A DNA stretch of 64,000 nucleotides, taken from Pseudomonadota bacterium (GTDB taxonomy: Bacteria; Pseudomonadota; Gammaproteobacteria; Burkholderiales; Burkholderiaceae_C). This document shows, in pieces, positions 28,276 through 42,100 of the stretch. Below the pieces are notes generated by a model. The model was given only the letters and a program-made list of their open reading frames with translations. It ran no database searches and had not been told where the DNA came from. Position 1 is the stretch's first letter. Each line of letters opens with the position of its first letter. The translations under genes and the position numbers were made by a program. Where the stretch lies: positions 244 through 64,243 of the forward strand of contig JAJZWA010000011.1 in assembly GCA_021846965.1 (NCBI GenBank), read 5' to 3'.

Positions 28276-29238
28276 ATGAACGAAGCCAACTATGACGGCG
28301 TGCTCGCCGCCGCACGCCGCCTCGAGGGGCAGGCCCACCGCACGCCCGTGATGCGCTCGCGCACCCTGGACGCCGAGCTGGGGGCCAGCGTGCACCTCAA
28401 ATGCGAGAACCTGCAGCGCATGGGCGCCTTCAAGTTCCGCGGCGCCTTCAACGCCCTGGCCAGCCTGGACCCGGCCCGGCGCAAGGCCGGGGTGGTGGCC
28501 TTCTCCTCGGGCAACCACGCGCAGGCCATCGCGCTGTCGGCCAGCCTGCTGGGCATGCCCGCGACCATCCTGATGCCCCAGGACGCACCGGCTGCCAAGA
28601 TGGCGGCCACGCGTGGCTACGGCGGAAAGGTGGTGGTCTACGACCGCTACCGCGAGGACCGCGAGCAGATCGGCCGCGCGCTCGCCGAGCGCGACGGGCT
28701 CACCCTGATCCCGCCCTACGACCACCCCGACGTGATCTGCGGCCAGGGCACCGCGGCCCGCGAACTGTTCGAGGAGGTGGGCGAGCTCGACGCGCTGTTC
28801 GTGCCCCTGGGCGGCGGCGGACTGCTGTCCGGAAGCGCCCTGGCCCGCCAGGCGCTGGCGCCGGGCTGCCAGCTGTACGGCGTCGAGCCGGAGGCCGGGG
28901 ACGACGGTCGGCGCTCGCTGCGCAGCGGCTCCATCGTGCACATCGAGACCCCTCGCACCATCGCCGACGGCGCGCAGACCCAGCACCTGGGGAACCTGAC
29001 CTTCCCCATCATCCAGCGCGAGGTCACCGACATTCTCACGGCCAGCGACTCCGATCTGGTCGACACCATGCGCTTCCTGGCAGAGCGCATGAAACTGGTG
29101 GTCGAGCCCACCGGCTGCCTGGGCCTGGCTGCCGCCCGTCGCATGGGCGCGCAACTGCGCGGCAAGAGGGTGGGCGTGGTGCTCAGCGGCGGCAACGTGG
29201 ACATGGCGCGCTTCGCCAGCCTGCTGGCGGGGGCCTGA
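28276..29238 (+). CDS. PLP-dependent ammonia-lyase (threo-3-hydroxy-L-aspartate ammonia-lyase / serine racemase-like)
   Basis: LKCENLQRMGAFKFRGA, SSGNHAQA, GQGTAA, VPLGGGGL, TIADG, VVEPTG and LSGGNVD. Confidence 0.9.
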   Translation: MNEANYDGVLAAARRLEGQAHRTPVMRSRTLDAELGASVHLKCENLQRMGAFKFRGAFNALASLDPARRKAGVVAFSSGNHAQAIALSASLLGMPATILMPQDAPAAKMAATRGYGGKVVVYDRYREDREQIGRALAERDGLTLIPPYDHPDVICGQGTAARELFEEVGELDALFVPLGGGGLLSGSALARQALAPGCQLYGVEPEAGDDGRRSLRSGSIVHIETPRTIADGAQTQHLGNLTFPIIQREVTDILTASDSDLVDTMRFLAERMKLVVEPTGCLGLAAARRMGAQLRGKRVGVVLSGGNVDMARFASLLAGA

Positions 29239-29296
29239 GCGCCGAATCGCGAAACCTTTCACCTGGAGCAAGATTCACCGTCGGAAGCGCGCCTAG

Positions 29297-30847
<1,551 letters not shown>

Positions 30848-30896
30848 ACCCGGTCGATCGCGGCGGGGGCCACAACCCTCGCTGCCCGCACGGGCT

Positions 30897-31499
30897 TCAG
30901 CGCAGGCTGCGCGGGTTGCCGCGCGGGGGCTTGGGATAGGCGGCGCCTCCGCCGGTGCGGAACAGCACGTCGGCGAGGTCGTTGGTGATGCCCCACCAGT
31001 GGGAGGCGTTGTAGTAATGGTGGTGCATGTGCGCGCGTCGCATGCGCGCGCCGTAGCGCGTGCGCGGCCGGTACGCCGAGTCGTGGTGCGAGAAATGCAT
31101 CCACTCGTAGAACACGAAATACCCCACGCTGCCCGCCATGGGAACCAGCGCGACCCGCGGGCCGAACAGCAGCGCGTAGGCGCCGTAGGTCACGGCTGCC
31201 AGGGGCACCAGGGCCCAGGCCGGCCAGAACAGGCGCGCCACCTCCCGCGGCTCGGCGTGGTGGGCGTGGTGCAGGTCGACCTGCAGCCTGCGGCGCAGGC
31301 CGTCGCGCGCCGGCAGCGGCGCATGCAGCACGAATCGATGCAGGCCGAACTCGACGAAGGGCGCCATCGCCACCGGGAGCAGCAGCAGCGGCCAGTCCCG
31401 CTCCAGCGCGCCCAGGCGCCACGCGGCAACCAGCAGCGTGACGAAGCCGAGCATCATCGCCACCACCGTGGGATGGGTCCAGAGATCGCGCCTGCGCAT
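30897..31499 (-). CDS. Fatty acid hydroxylase / sterol desaturase family membrane di-metal enzyme
   Basis: Four His boxes (HRFVLH, HHAHH, HFSHH, HMHHH) with hydrophobic segments between them. It starts 12 bp after the tpsB stop. Confidence 0.88.
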   Translation of the reverse strand: MRRRDLWTHPTVVAMMLGFVTLLVAAWRLGALERDWPLLLLPVAMAPFVEFGLHRFVLHAPLPARDGLRRRLQVDLHHAHHAEPREVARLFWPAWALVPLAAVTYGAYALLFGPRVALVPMAGSVGYFVFYEWMHFSHHDSAYRPRTRYGARMRRAHMHHHYYNASHWWGITNDLADVLFRTGGGAAYPKPPRGNPRSLR

Positions 31500-31511
31500 G
31501 AGCCGCGGAGT

Positions 31512-33191
31512 CTACAGCAGGCGCGCCGTCAGGCTGAAATAGGCCTCCGAGCCCGATTGGCCATAGACCGTGGTCTCCAGCGGGACCCCCAGGGTGAAGG
31601 CCGCGCTCACGCCCGGCCACAGGGGCCAGTTGCATCCCACGCCCACCGAGCGCAGGTCCTGGTGTCGCGGGTAGTGGTTGAACACGCCGCCCTGGTCCAG
31701 GAACACGAAACCGTCCAGCGTGGGGCCCGGCGCCCCGGTGGCGCTGGGCAGCTCGAAGCCATGGTGCAATTCGAACTGGGCGTAATAGCCGCTGGGCCCG
31801 GCCACCGCGTTGGCCGGATAACCCCGCACCGTGGTGGGCCCGCCGACCTGGAACAGCTGCCCGCCGGGGATGGTCTGCTGCGAGGACACCTGCCAGGCGG
31901 CCGAGGCCACGCCGAACAACCCCTTGGGCAGCACGCGCCGAGCGTACAGGGTCCCGCCCAGCAACTCGAAATCGCTGTGCTGCCCGCTGACCTCGCTGGC
32001 CGATTGCACGAAACTGCCGGTGAGGGTGGCGCCCGCGCTCAAGCCAGGCGCCGTGTAGCCGGTCTTCAGGCCCAGGGACTCGGTGGTTGCGCTGTCGGAA
32101 CTCACCAGGGTGTCGAGCTCGAAGGACTTGGCGTTGGCCCAGCTCAGCGAGCCGGTGCCCAGGAGGATCCAGTTCAGGCCCACGTAGACCGGCTGCGCCA
32201 GGTTGGCCGACACGCTGTTGGACCAGCCCGAGACCTGCAGCTGCTGGTAGATGCCGGAGACATCGTGGATCTTCCCCGAGCTCAGGCTGATGCCGGCGCG
32301 CCCGCCCGAGGCGTTGATGGGCAGGTTGTAGGCCAGGCTGCCCATCTCATTGCCGCGGGACTTGAGCGCGTACAGCGTGAGCCGGTCATCGATGCCCGCC
32401 GGCGCATAGAGCTGGTACAGGACTCCTGCCTCGTCGCGGCCCACGGCCGACACTCCCTGGTTGTCCAGGAACACCTGCAGGAGATTGCGCGGCGGCTCGG
32501 TGACGGCCAGCTCGATGTCGGTGAGCCCGAAACGCGCGCCCGGCTTGAGCAGCGCCTGGATGCGCGCCAGGCCCGTGTCGTTGAAACGCGCCAGATCACC
32601 GGACACCCGCGGCAGGTTCACCACCTGGCCCGGCTGCAGCGCGACGAAGGAACGCACGAAGGACGGCGCCAGGTGCCGGGTACCGCTCACCGCCAGTTGC
32701 CCCAGGCGCCCCTGCAGCACCGCGATGCGCACGACTCCGCCGGAAATGGTCTGGGGCGGCAGATAGGCCGACACCGTGACCTCGTGCTTGCGCGCCAGCA
32801 CCTGGTTCAGCTCGGCCACCATGCGGCGCAGCGTGGCGATGCTGGCCGGGCGCCCGACATGGGGCGAGGTGACCGCGTCGATCTCCCGGCGCGTCAGGAA
32901 GGGGGTGGGGTCGACGCGCACCCCCCGCAGCAGGAAGCGGGGCCCCTGCGCGCCGGACGCTGCGGGCGCCGGCGGCGTGGCCTGCAGGGGCGATGCCGGC
33001 TTGGGCAGCGCGTTGTTCTGCTCCAGCTGGTTCAGGTTGCCCTGCCCCTGCTTGTTGAGCAGGCCGGGATTGAGCGTGGGCGGCAGCGGCGTGGCGGCGA
33101 GCGCGGACTTGGCGGCGCAGCCCAGGAGCAGCGCGCCCAGGCAGCGCAGGGCCAGGACGCGCACGGAGGAGAACTCGCGCATGGGCATCAC
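31512..33191 (-). CDS. TpsB transporter (ShlB/FhaC/HecB family)
   Basis: Signal peptide; POTRA-like segments (AYLPPQTISGGVVRIAVLQGRLG); barrel start FLDNQG; conserved VRGY and FLDQG (FxDxG) motifs. The start overlaps the tpsA stop (GTGATG). Confidence 0.93.
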   Translation of the reverse strand: MMPMREFSSVRVLALRCLGALLLGCAAKSALAATPLPPTLNPGLLNKQGQGNLNQLEQNNALPKPASPLQATPPAPAASGAQGPRFLLRGVRVDPTPFLTRREIDAVTSPHVGRPASIATLRRMVAELNQVLARKHEVTVSAYLPPQTISGGVVRIAVLQGRLGQLAVSGTRHLAPSFVRSFVALQPGQVVNLPRVSGDLARFNDTGLARIQALLKPGARFGLTDIELAVTEPPRNLLQVFLDNQGVSAVGRDEAGVLYQLYAPAGIDDRLTLYALKSRGNEMGSLAYNLPINASGGRAGISLSSGKIHDVSGIYQQLQVSGWSNSVSANLAQPVYVGLNWILLGTGSLSWANAKSFELDTLVSSDSATTESLGLKTGYTAPGLSAGATLTGSFVQSASEVSGQHSDFELLGGTLYARRVLPKGLFGVASAAWQVSSQQTIPGGQLFQVGGPTTVRGYPANAVAGPSGYYAQFELHHGFELPSATGAPGPTLDGFVFLDQGGVFNHYPRHQDLRSVGVGCNWPLWPGVSAAFTLGVPLETTVYGQSGSEAYFSLTARLL

Positions 33192-36100
33192 AGCCTGGAC
33201 ACGATCAGCGCGCCGTGTTTGCGCCGAAGGCCCTCGTCCCCGCCCGGCTGCTGCAGGTCCACCGCCGGCTGCGAAGGCCAGGCGAAGCCGAAATCGCTGC
33301 CGAACAGCGGCGGCGCCTGGAACACCGAGAACCAGCTGCCCAGGCTCTGCCCGGTGTCACCGGCCAGGACCTCGGCGTCGCCGTTGCGCAGCCCGCGCAC
33401 GAAGTCGTCCACGAAATTCTGGTTCTGGATCATGCCCTTGCCCAACAGGTAGCCCAGTTGCGAGGTGGTGGTGTTGTTGACAAAGAAGGCCGTGGTCAGC
33501 GTGAGATCGCCCAGCTGGCTGAGCTGGAAGGACAGGCCCGGGTTGTAGATGCTCACGATCTGCGGCCCCGCCGGTCGCGGGGACTGGCTGTTGATGTCGA
33601 GCAACTGGTCAGGCAGGCTCAGCACCAGGTTCTGCAGGATGTAGCCGTCCAGAATGCGGAAGTCCGGAGAGTTCGACTGAATGGTGGCCTGGCTTTCGCG
33701 CAGGGAACCCAAGACCACCGGCAGGGTAGTGTCGATGGACACGCTGGCGTACAGACCCACCGACCCCTGCGGGCCGCCGAGATCGAGCTCGAAGGGCCCG
33801 GTGCTTCCGGCCGCCGGCACGATGCCGGCGATGTCGATGGTCGGCGCCGCGAAGGACGAACCCGAACCCACGGTGACCACCGGCAGGCTCAGCGAGGTCT
33901 GCGAACTCAGGTCCAGCGGGCCCCGGATGCTGAGTGCGCCGAACTCGATCGAACCCTGTGCCGTGGCGCTCAGCCCGGCATGGCCGTTCACGCTGGTCAC
34001 GCGGATGCCGCCACCGCTGGAACCCAGCACGATGTTGCCCGGATCCGTGGGCAGGCCGGTCGTCAGCAGGTCGCCCAGGGTCAGCGGCCCCGCCGCCTGC
34101 AGCGACTGCGAGCCGCCGCTGGACACCGTGCCCAGCGTGACGGCGCCGTCGCCCTGCACGCTGATGCTGCCCAGCGCCGCGCTGATGCCGGACAGGCTCA
34201 GGTCCTGCTGCGCCAGCAGGTTCACCGAGCCGTCCAGCGCGGCCACGCTTCCCGCGCCCACCGGGGCCGTGGTGATCACGTCGATGTCGCCCTGGGTGGA
34301 CGACAGGGTGAGACTTCCCGTGCCAATGATCAGGGGGTTGGGGGTCGGGCTGATGCTGTCGGCCGTGCCAGGGGCCTCGCCCGGCGCGTCGAAGGCCTCG
34401 GTGTCGGCCTCGGTCTCGTCGCCGATGCCCAGGCCCGCCTGGATGCTCACGCCGGCGCCGGGCGCGTCGGCGAGGATGTCCGTGCGCCCTGGCGCGGTGC
34501 CGGCGAGCACATGGCCGCCGGCGTCGATGAGCACCGCGCGGGCGTCGCCGCTGCCGCTGTTCAGCCCGGTGACCAGGGCGTCGCCGGTGGTGTCGATGGA
34601 GATGTCACCAACAAGGGCATCGATGCCGGACCCGTTGAGCATCTTCAGGCTATCCGCGCCCAGGGTGACCGAGCCCGCGGTGCTCAGCACCGAGCCGCCG
34701 GCGCCGAACACCTGTTCGCCGCCCGCCTGCAGCGCGACCTGTCCCAGCGCATCCACGGCGCCGGCGATGGTCGAGTCACCGGCGGACTGCAGGTTCACCA
34801 GGTCTCCGGAGTCGACGCCGCCGATCACGAAGGCATAACCGGCCGGCCCGTACAGCCACACCGATTGCCCGGGGGTGGGCGCGTCGGCGGTGATGGAGCC
34901 GCCGGCGGTCGTGACCCCGACGTTCAGCGCATCGCCCTGCGCGCCGATGGATCCGCCCGATGCGCTCAAGTCGACCTGGTCGGCGAGGATGTTCAGGTTG
35001 CTGCCCTGCCCTGCGTTCAGGATCGAACCGGGGGCGCTCAGCGAAACCGTCCCCGGGGAATAGAGGGTGCTGACCAGCGCATCCTGGGCGACCCCCATCC
35101 CGGCGGCCAGGTAGACCCCGTCCTGCGCCCGAGCGGTGATCGTGGCCCCCGAATCCAGTGCGAGGGCCAGACCACCCACGCCGCCATGGGCCAGGAGATT
35201 GCCGATGGTTCCGTCCGCCGCCTCCAGGATGATGTTCCCGGTGGCGATGTTCGATGCGCCCGCGTTGGCGATGCTGTCGAGTACCTTGATGCGGGCCTCG
35301 CCCGGCACCACGATGCTGCCCAGCGCCAGGCTACCGCGCGAGGCGACATAGGCGTTGCCGATGTCCAGCCCGCCGTTGGGCACGGCCTGGACGGACAGGT
35401 TCAGGCTGCCGCTGGCGCTGACGTTGAGCGGGCGCTTGGTCAGGATGGTCAGGTAGCTGCCCTGGGTGTAGGCCTGGCCGCTGGCCGCGGCGTCCAGAGC
35501 CGCCTGCTGCTGGGCCGACAGCGCGCTGTAGGGAGCATCCAGCGGCACGTTGGCGGTGCCTCCCGCATAGGCCACGGTCAGTTGCAGGTCGGAAGCCTCG
35601 GCCGACGCCAACTGCGCCTGCTGATCCACGCTCAGGGTGCTGGGCCGGGTGCCCGCGGCGATCACCGTCCCGTACTGGTTGTTGCTGCCGTTGCCGGTCT
35701 GGATGGTCTCGCCGACCCCCTGGCCGGCGTCCAGGCTCACCGTGCGGCCCGAGACGTTCGGCGCCTTCACCACATCGTTGGTGTTGGTCACCGTCTTGAG
35801 CAGCGCGGCCGACAGCGAGAACGACAGCTCGTCGTTGGTCCAGGTCGCACCCTGGGTCAGGCTTTGCAGCGTGGCGGCGGGCGCGTGGTACTGGTAGTTC
35901 GCGACATAGCTTGAGGTCAGGCCGCCGACCTCGCTGTTGAGGGTGTGGTATTGCTGGGTCTGCGCCTGCTCCAGGGCCGTGATGTCGACGCCCTTGTCCT
36001 CGGCGTCGAGCGCATCGCGCTGCTGTTGACTGAAGCTCACCTGGTAGTTCGGGTCGTAGCTCAGCCCGTGGTCGGGCTGGCTGAGCCGGATCGCCCAGTA

Positions 36101-39100
36101 CTGCTGGTATTCCTGAGTGACCGAACTTTGGTAGGCGGACTGGGTCTGCGCGATTTTCTGCGTGTTGGCCTGCCCAGCCGTCAGGCCCAGCGACTGCCAG
36201 TAGCTCAGCAGTTGCTGTTGCGTGCGCTGGTCGATGGTCTGCACCGGATTGTTGTCGAGGATCTGGCCCGGCGCCGACAGCGTCACGTCGCCCCCGAGGG
36301 AAACCACGGTATCGGCCAGCAGGTTGCCGCTCGGGTTGTCGGCCCACGCGCCGGAAAGGATGTCGATGTCGCCGGCGGCCTGTGCCTGCAATCCGTAGTA
36401 CAGGGTCGCGCCCTGCGCTGTGGGCGGGCCGAAGGGACGCAGGTTCTGGTCGGTGGTGAAGCCGGTGTCGACCGCCAGCGCGCCGCCGGCCACCCCGCCG
36501 AGGTCGCCGTGACCGGCATCGAGCCAGACGGCGTCGGCTCGCACCAGGGAGCCGGGGTTGGCGCCGAGAATGCCCTGGTCGGCGCTCAGGCTGACCGCGC
36601 TCTGGCCCGATGCGGCATTCGCCGAGACCTGATCCACCACGAGTTGGCCGATGCCGCTGATCGACACGTCGCCGCTGCCACCGTTCGCCCCCGCCACCGC
36701 GCTCAGGGCTCCGCCGGTGAGTTGCACCGATACCGGCGCCTGCACCGGCGCGCCGGCGGCACTGTCGGTGACCCCGCCGATCGAGCCCGCGGCCTGCAGG
36801 CCGATGTCGTGCGCCGTGATGGTCGCCCCGGTGGCGCCCGCGACGATCGAGGCGCCCGCGCCCGTGACGTTGATGCTCGTGCTGCCGGAAGCGTTGCCGA
36901 GGGCGCCGTCGAGTACCACGCTGCCAACCGACTGCACCTGGATGCTGCCAGTCGACGAACCCTGAAAGTCGATGCCGATGGGGTAGTCGGCCTTCAGCGA
37001 GGTCTTGGTGGTCTGGGTGTAGTGCTGGGTCAGCTGGTAGGTCGTGGTGTCGTTCTGGACCACGCACAAGGTGAGCCAGTTGCAGCTGCTGGAGCTGCCG
37101 GTGGCGACCTGGTTCCAGGAATCCAGGTAATAGGTGGTGGACTGCACGCTGCCCTTGCTCTCCAGCGTGGAGTTCGGCACGGTGGTGATCCCGGGGTCGC
37201 TGGTGACCACGTACTGCCCGGAGCTACCCAGGGGCGTCAGCCCGCCGCCGCCGGTCTGCGTGGAGCTCGTCGAGATGAAGCTTCCGTTGGGAAGCACCTC
37301 GCTCTGGTTGGCCGTCACCTGCACGTTGTCCACATTCGAGAACTGACCCAGGGACAGGCTGGAGGAGCCGAACAGGTTGGCCGAGGTGGTCGAGAAGTTG
37401 GTGACCTTGGTGTATTGGGTCTGGGTGGCGAACACGTACCTCGCGCCCTGGCTCAACGGGGCGTAGGTGGTGTCCCTGCCGTCGACCGACGTTCCCGGCG
37501 AGCTCACCGGATGGACCGGAAGTCCGTCGACCCCGAGGGTCGCGGTGGACACCGTGGATTGCACCTGATTCGCCGCCGGGTCGTAGGTGTACTGGGTCTG
37601 GCGCCAGTCGACCACGGAGGCGTTGTTGGGGTCGAGGCGCACGTCGGTGATCTGGATCATCCCCTCGGTGCCGCGCCCCCCTCCCGCCGTGTCGGCCCCG
37701 GTGGACAGGCTGGACAGCACGACCGGGGCGCTGGTCTGGTTCTGGATGTCGATGCTGCCGAATCCATCGAGCACCGATAGCTTGCCGGCGGTGGGCGAAC
37801 TGTCGATGATCTGACCGTAGAGCTGGATATAGCCTCCATGCACCTCGGTCGGATCGACGACGTAGCGCTGCTGCGTGGCGTCGTAGCTGGCCTGGATGGT
37901 GCTGCCCGGGCTCAGCAGCTTGTAGACGAAATTCGCTCCGCTTGTCGAATGGGCCTGGTAGTAGTCGTTGGCATACGCGGCCTTGAACTCGACCTGCCCG
38001 TTGGCCGTGTCGACCCACAGGTGGTGGCCCTGGCTGTCGGTGTTCACCAGCACCAGGCTTCCGGCGCCCGCCACCGGGTTGCTGGTGTATTGCGCGATGG
38101 TCGGGTTGGTCGAGGATTCGCCGATCGATGCCAGGTCGGAGGTCGTGAGCAGATCGCCCGATGCGATGCTCAGCGCGTTGTCGACCATGCCGCTCTGGAT
38201 CAGGCTGTTGATGTTGAGGTAGCGGGCGGCGATCGAGATATTGCCGTTGACGATCGTGCTCTGCAGCCCGGACTGGTTCGCGCAGGGGCCCGTGATCGCA
38301 TTGCCGGCGGCATCCGCGCAGGACGTGCCGGTGGTGGCCGGGTTCTGAGTCGCCGGATTGCCTCCCTGGTTGTCGATCGAATCCGTGTAGCTCGACGAGT
38401 AGTCGCCGTTGTACGCGGTGATCGACAGCGACTGCGCGTCGATGCTGCCGTCCTGGTAGATGTTTCCGTCGTAACTGACGATGGTCACCGGACCGTTGGC
38501 GTTGCTGATGGCCGCGCCCTGGTTCAAGGTGAGGTCAGGGGCGATCATCTGGTGCTTCAGGTAATAAAGCGAGCCCGAATAGTTCGAGTTGTAGTAGCCG
38601 CCATCGTTCGGGTTGTAGTTGCTGGTGATGCTGATCGCCGGCGCGGCGGAGTTGGCACGCGTGATCAGGTTCTGCGCCTCGAGATCCGATGCCGCGCCGC
38701 CGACGTTGATGGCCGTGACCTGATCAGGCGTGCTCACGTCGGTGCCGTTGAACACCACGTAGCCGGCGGCCACCGCCGGGATGGTCAGGCTGCCGATGGC
38801 CAGCGGGTTGGCGGTGTAGTTGTCGATCCGGATCAGGGCGTCGCCAGGGGCGGCGATGATCCCCTGGGCGGACGCGGTGTAGCTCGAGTTCACCGGCAGC
38901 AGCGCGTTCAACTCCGGTGTCAGCGCCGTGGTGCTGGTGGTCAGGACGTCGGCATTCAGGTTGACGTTGCCGATTCGCGCGTAGACCGGGGCGACCTGGA
39001 TTTCCAGTACCTTCACCGGGCTGGTGGCCGCGGCGACCAGGTCGCCGGCCACGGTGTTCGCCTGCGCGACGAGCTGGCTCGCGTACTGCGCCAGTGAGCC

Positions 39101-42100
39101 GGCCGTCGACGACGAAGCGCTCAGCACGCCGTAGGTGGCATGCTCGCCCAGATAGTCGGCATGCATGTTGGAGGCCAGATTCTGCAGGCCGCCGAGAGTG
39201 ACATTGTTCAGCGTGTACAGCGCGCCCGAGCCCCCCACCAGCCCGGCGTACGTGGCCTCGTCCTGATTGTGCAGCGCGTTCTGCGCATTGTTGCTGCTCG
39301 AGGCCGCGGTGATGCTTCCCTGGGCCAACGCGGACAGATCGGAATTCAGGCTCTGCGCCGCGGAGTAGATCGTGGCGGCCTGCTTGTCCTCATTCGCCAG
39401 GTTGGTGTCGATGGCTTGCAGGTCGCCGCTGATCTGGCCCTGGGCATTGGCCACCAGGGTGGCGAAATTGCCGCTCAGCGTCCGGGCGGACGTGGCCGAC
39501 GCGCCGTTCACCTGGACGGCCATGGTGGTGATGCTCGAGACCTGCCCCGTGATGTCCGTCTGCGCCTGGGTGTTCGATGCCGCCTCGTTCGTGATGTCAC
39601 CGACCGCGGTGCGCACGGACTGCTCCTGAACGCCCAGATCCTGCAGCTCGGAGTAACCCGCCGCGGCCGGGGTATTGCCGTTCGCCGCCGCGGTGTATGC
39701 GGCGTAGTTGTTCATGCCGCTGATGATTCCCAGCGCCGCATTCGCCAGCGGGACGAGGGAGTATGGCGACTGCTGGTTGAGGCTCAGGTTGTAGATGGCG
39801 GTCGCGTATTGCGCATCGTTGCCGCTGAGCGAGGTCAGCGCCACCCCCAGGTTGGCCCCGGTGAAGGACAGGATCTGCTGGTCCTGGCCGAGGTTTTGTT
39901 GCGCCGCCTGCTGCGAGGCCTGCAGGGTGCTGGACAGGACGAAGTCACCGTTGGTGTCGATGCTACCCATGCCCAGGCCGATCAGTTCCTTCTCGATGAA
40001 GTTGATCTCGTTCTGGTACGCCCCCTTGGCGATCGGGTCCTGCGAGTACTCGGCGAGCAGTTGCTGGAGGTGGTAGTAGCGCGCCACCAGATCGCCCCCG
40101 GGGGCGATGGTGGTGGTCGTGTAGCTGATGCCGTTCGAGGTTCCGGCCGCCAGGCAGGCCGACTGCGACGGATCGCAGCTTCCGCCAGCGTCCTGGGCCG
40201 AGTTCGCATAGCGGATGGTCAGGGTCTTCTGGCGCTGGATCCCGGTGTCGACCAGGCCCTGGTCCAGGATCGCGCTGCCGCCGGTCTGCGAGGTGGATCC
40301 ACCGGTGATCTTGAAGCTGACCGACCCGCCTCCGAACAGGTTGCTGACCGCGCTGGCCACCTTCGACAGCGCTTCCAGGTAGATGTTGGTGCCGGTTCCT
40401 GTGGCGGTCGTCGACATCGCCCCCTTGTCGGCCGAAATGGTGATGTCGCCGGCGGCGCTGACCCCGTAGGGCGCGCCCTGCGCCGGATCCGTCGCCCCGG
40501 CCTGGTTCGCGGGATCGGCGGCGATGGCCACCAGCGCGTTGCTGACGATGTTCGACTGGGCGTCCGGCGGCGTCGGGATCGGAATGGCCGTGTTGTTGTA
40601 GAGCTGGACTTCGGAATCCAGCGACAGGCTGGATTGCTGGCCGGTGGGGCTGTCGCCCGCGGCGATCCGCACCGTGCCGTCGGTGGGCGCCGTACCGCCC
40701 GCGGGGTAGACGCCGTGGCTTGCCTGTACCTGGGCATTGGTGCCGATGGACACCAGGTCGTTGCCGGTGTAGTCGAGATGCGCCTGCCCGGTCGGAGCGC
40801 CGGCCAGGCCGTAGGTCGAAGCATAGGCGAGCCCATACAGGCTGGCATTGCCCCAGGCGCCGATCTGGATGTCGCCGGCGTCGACCAGCAGCTGGCTCTG
40901 GTTGCCGATGGACACCACCGCGCTGTCGTTGACCGAAATGTTGTCGGACACCTCGGCCAGCGCGATCGCGCCTCCCGAGTCCATCTTGACCGACTGCTGC
41001 ACCACCGGGTCGTTGTAGGCCTCGATGAACAGCAGCGAGGGGCTGCTCGGATCGGCCTGGGCCAGCAGGTGAACGCTGGCCCCGTCGCCCACGTTGGCGG
41101 TGCTCACCAGGCCCAGCGTGGTGTCGCTGCCCGCCGCCGGGGCGTTGAGCAGGCCACCGGAACCGGATTGCACGTTCCAGCCTCCGGCCAGCGGCGCCGG
41201 CAGGCTGCCCACGAGGTTTCTGGCGTCGAGCGTGAATCCGTCGGCCACCACGTGCACCAGCGGCCCGAGATCCGCCGCGACCACGCTGTGCACCTGGTTG
41301 TCCAGGGTCGCGCCGCTGGCTCCGACGATCGCGGCATTCGTGCTGTCGACCCCGCCGCCGAAGCTTGCCGTGTGGGTGGCGGTGATGCGCACCTGCCCGC
41401 TGGGCACCGCCACGGCGAAAGTCTGCAGGGGCTGGGTGGGCGCGTTCGCCGGCGGGAGGTTCTCGATGCCCGCCTGGGTGTCGGCCTGCGACACCGTCAT
41501 GGCCTGGGCCGCCGAGCCGGCGAAGGCGGCCCCGCTGCCGGCGGTCGCCTGCGCGACATTGCCGTCGTTGCCCGCCGCGTTGACGGTCAGCGAACCGGCG
41601 CTCAGCCCGCTCATGTCGCTGAGCAGGGCATGGGTGGTGGTGGTCGATGTCGCGGTGGCCTCGTTGGCGCCCAGCGCCAGCAGGCCGGCCGCGACGTAGC
41701 CGGTGACCACCGCGGACTGCGCGGTCTGCGACTGGCCTTCGAGGTCCACCAGGCCCTGCACGTCGAAGTTGGCGTATTCGGCCGAGGCGATCGCCGAGGA
41801 TTGGTTGATGGCGCTAGCCGCGGAGGCGTTGATGCCGACGAACAGGGCTCCGGATGCGCCGCTGGCCGTCGCGCTGACCCCTTCGCTAGGAGGGCTCGCC
41901 TGCCCGAGGCCGGCATCGATGCTCAGCGAGGCCGCGTCGATGGTCGCCGTGTTGACATCGGCGCTGACCTGCGCGCCCTGCGTGGCGGTAGCCACCGACG
42001 CTCCGGCAGCGCCGAGCAGCGCCAGGGCGCCTCCGGAAGCGTTGGCGGCGACCAGGTTGTCGGCCTCGGCGCCGATGTTCACCGCGCCGGCGCTGTCGAT

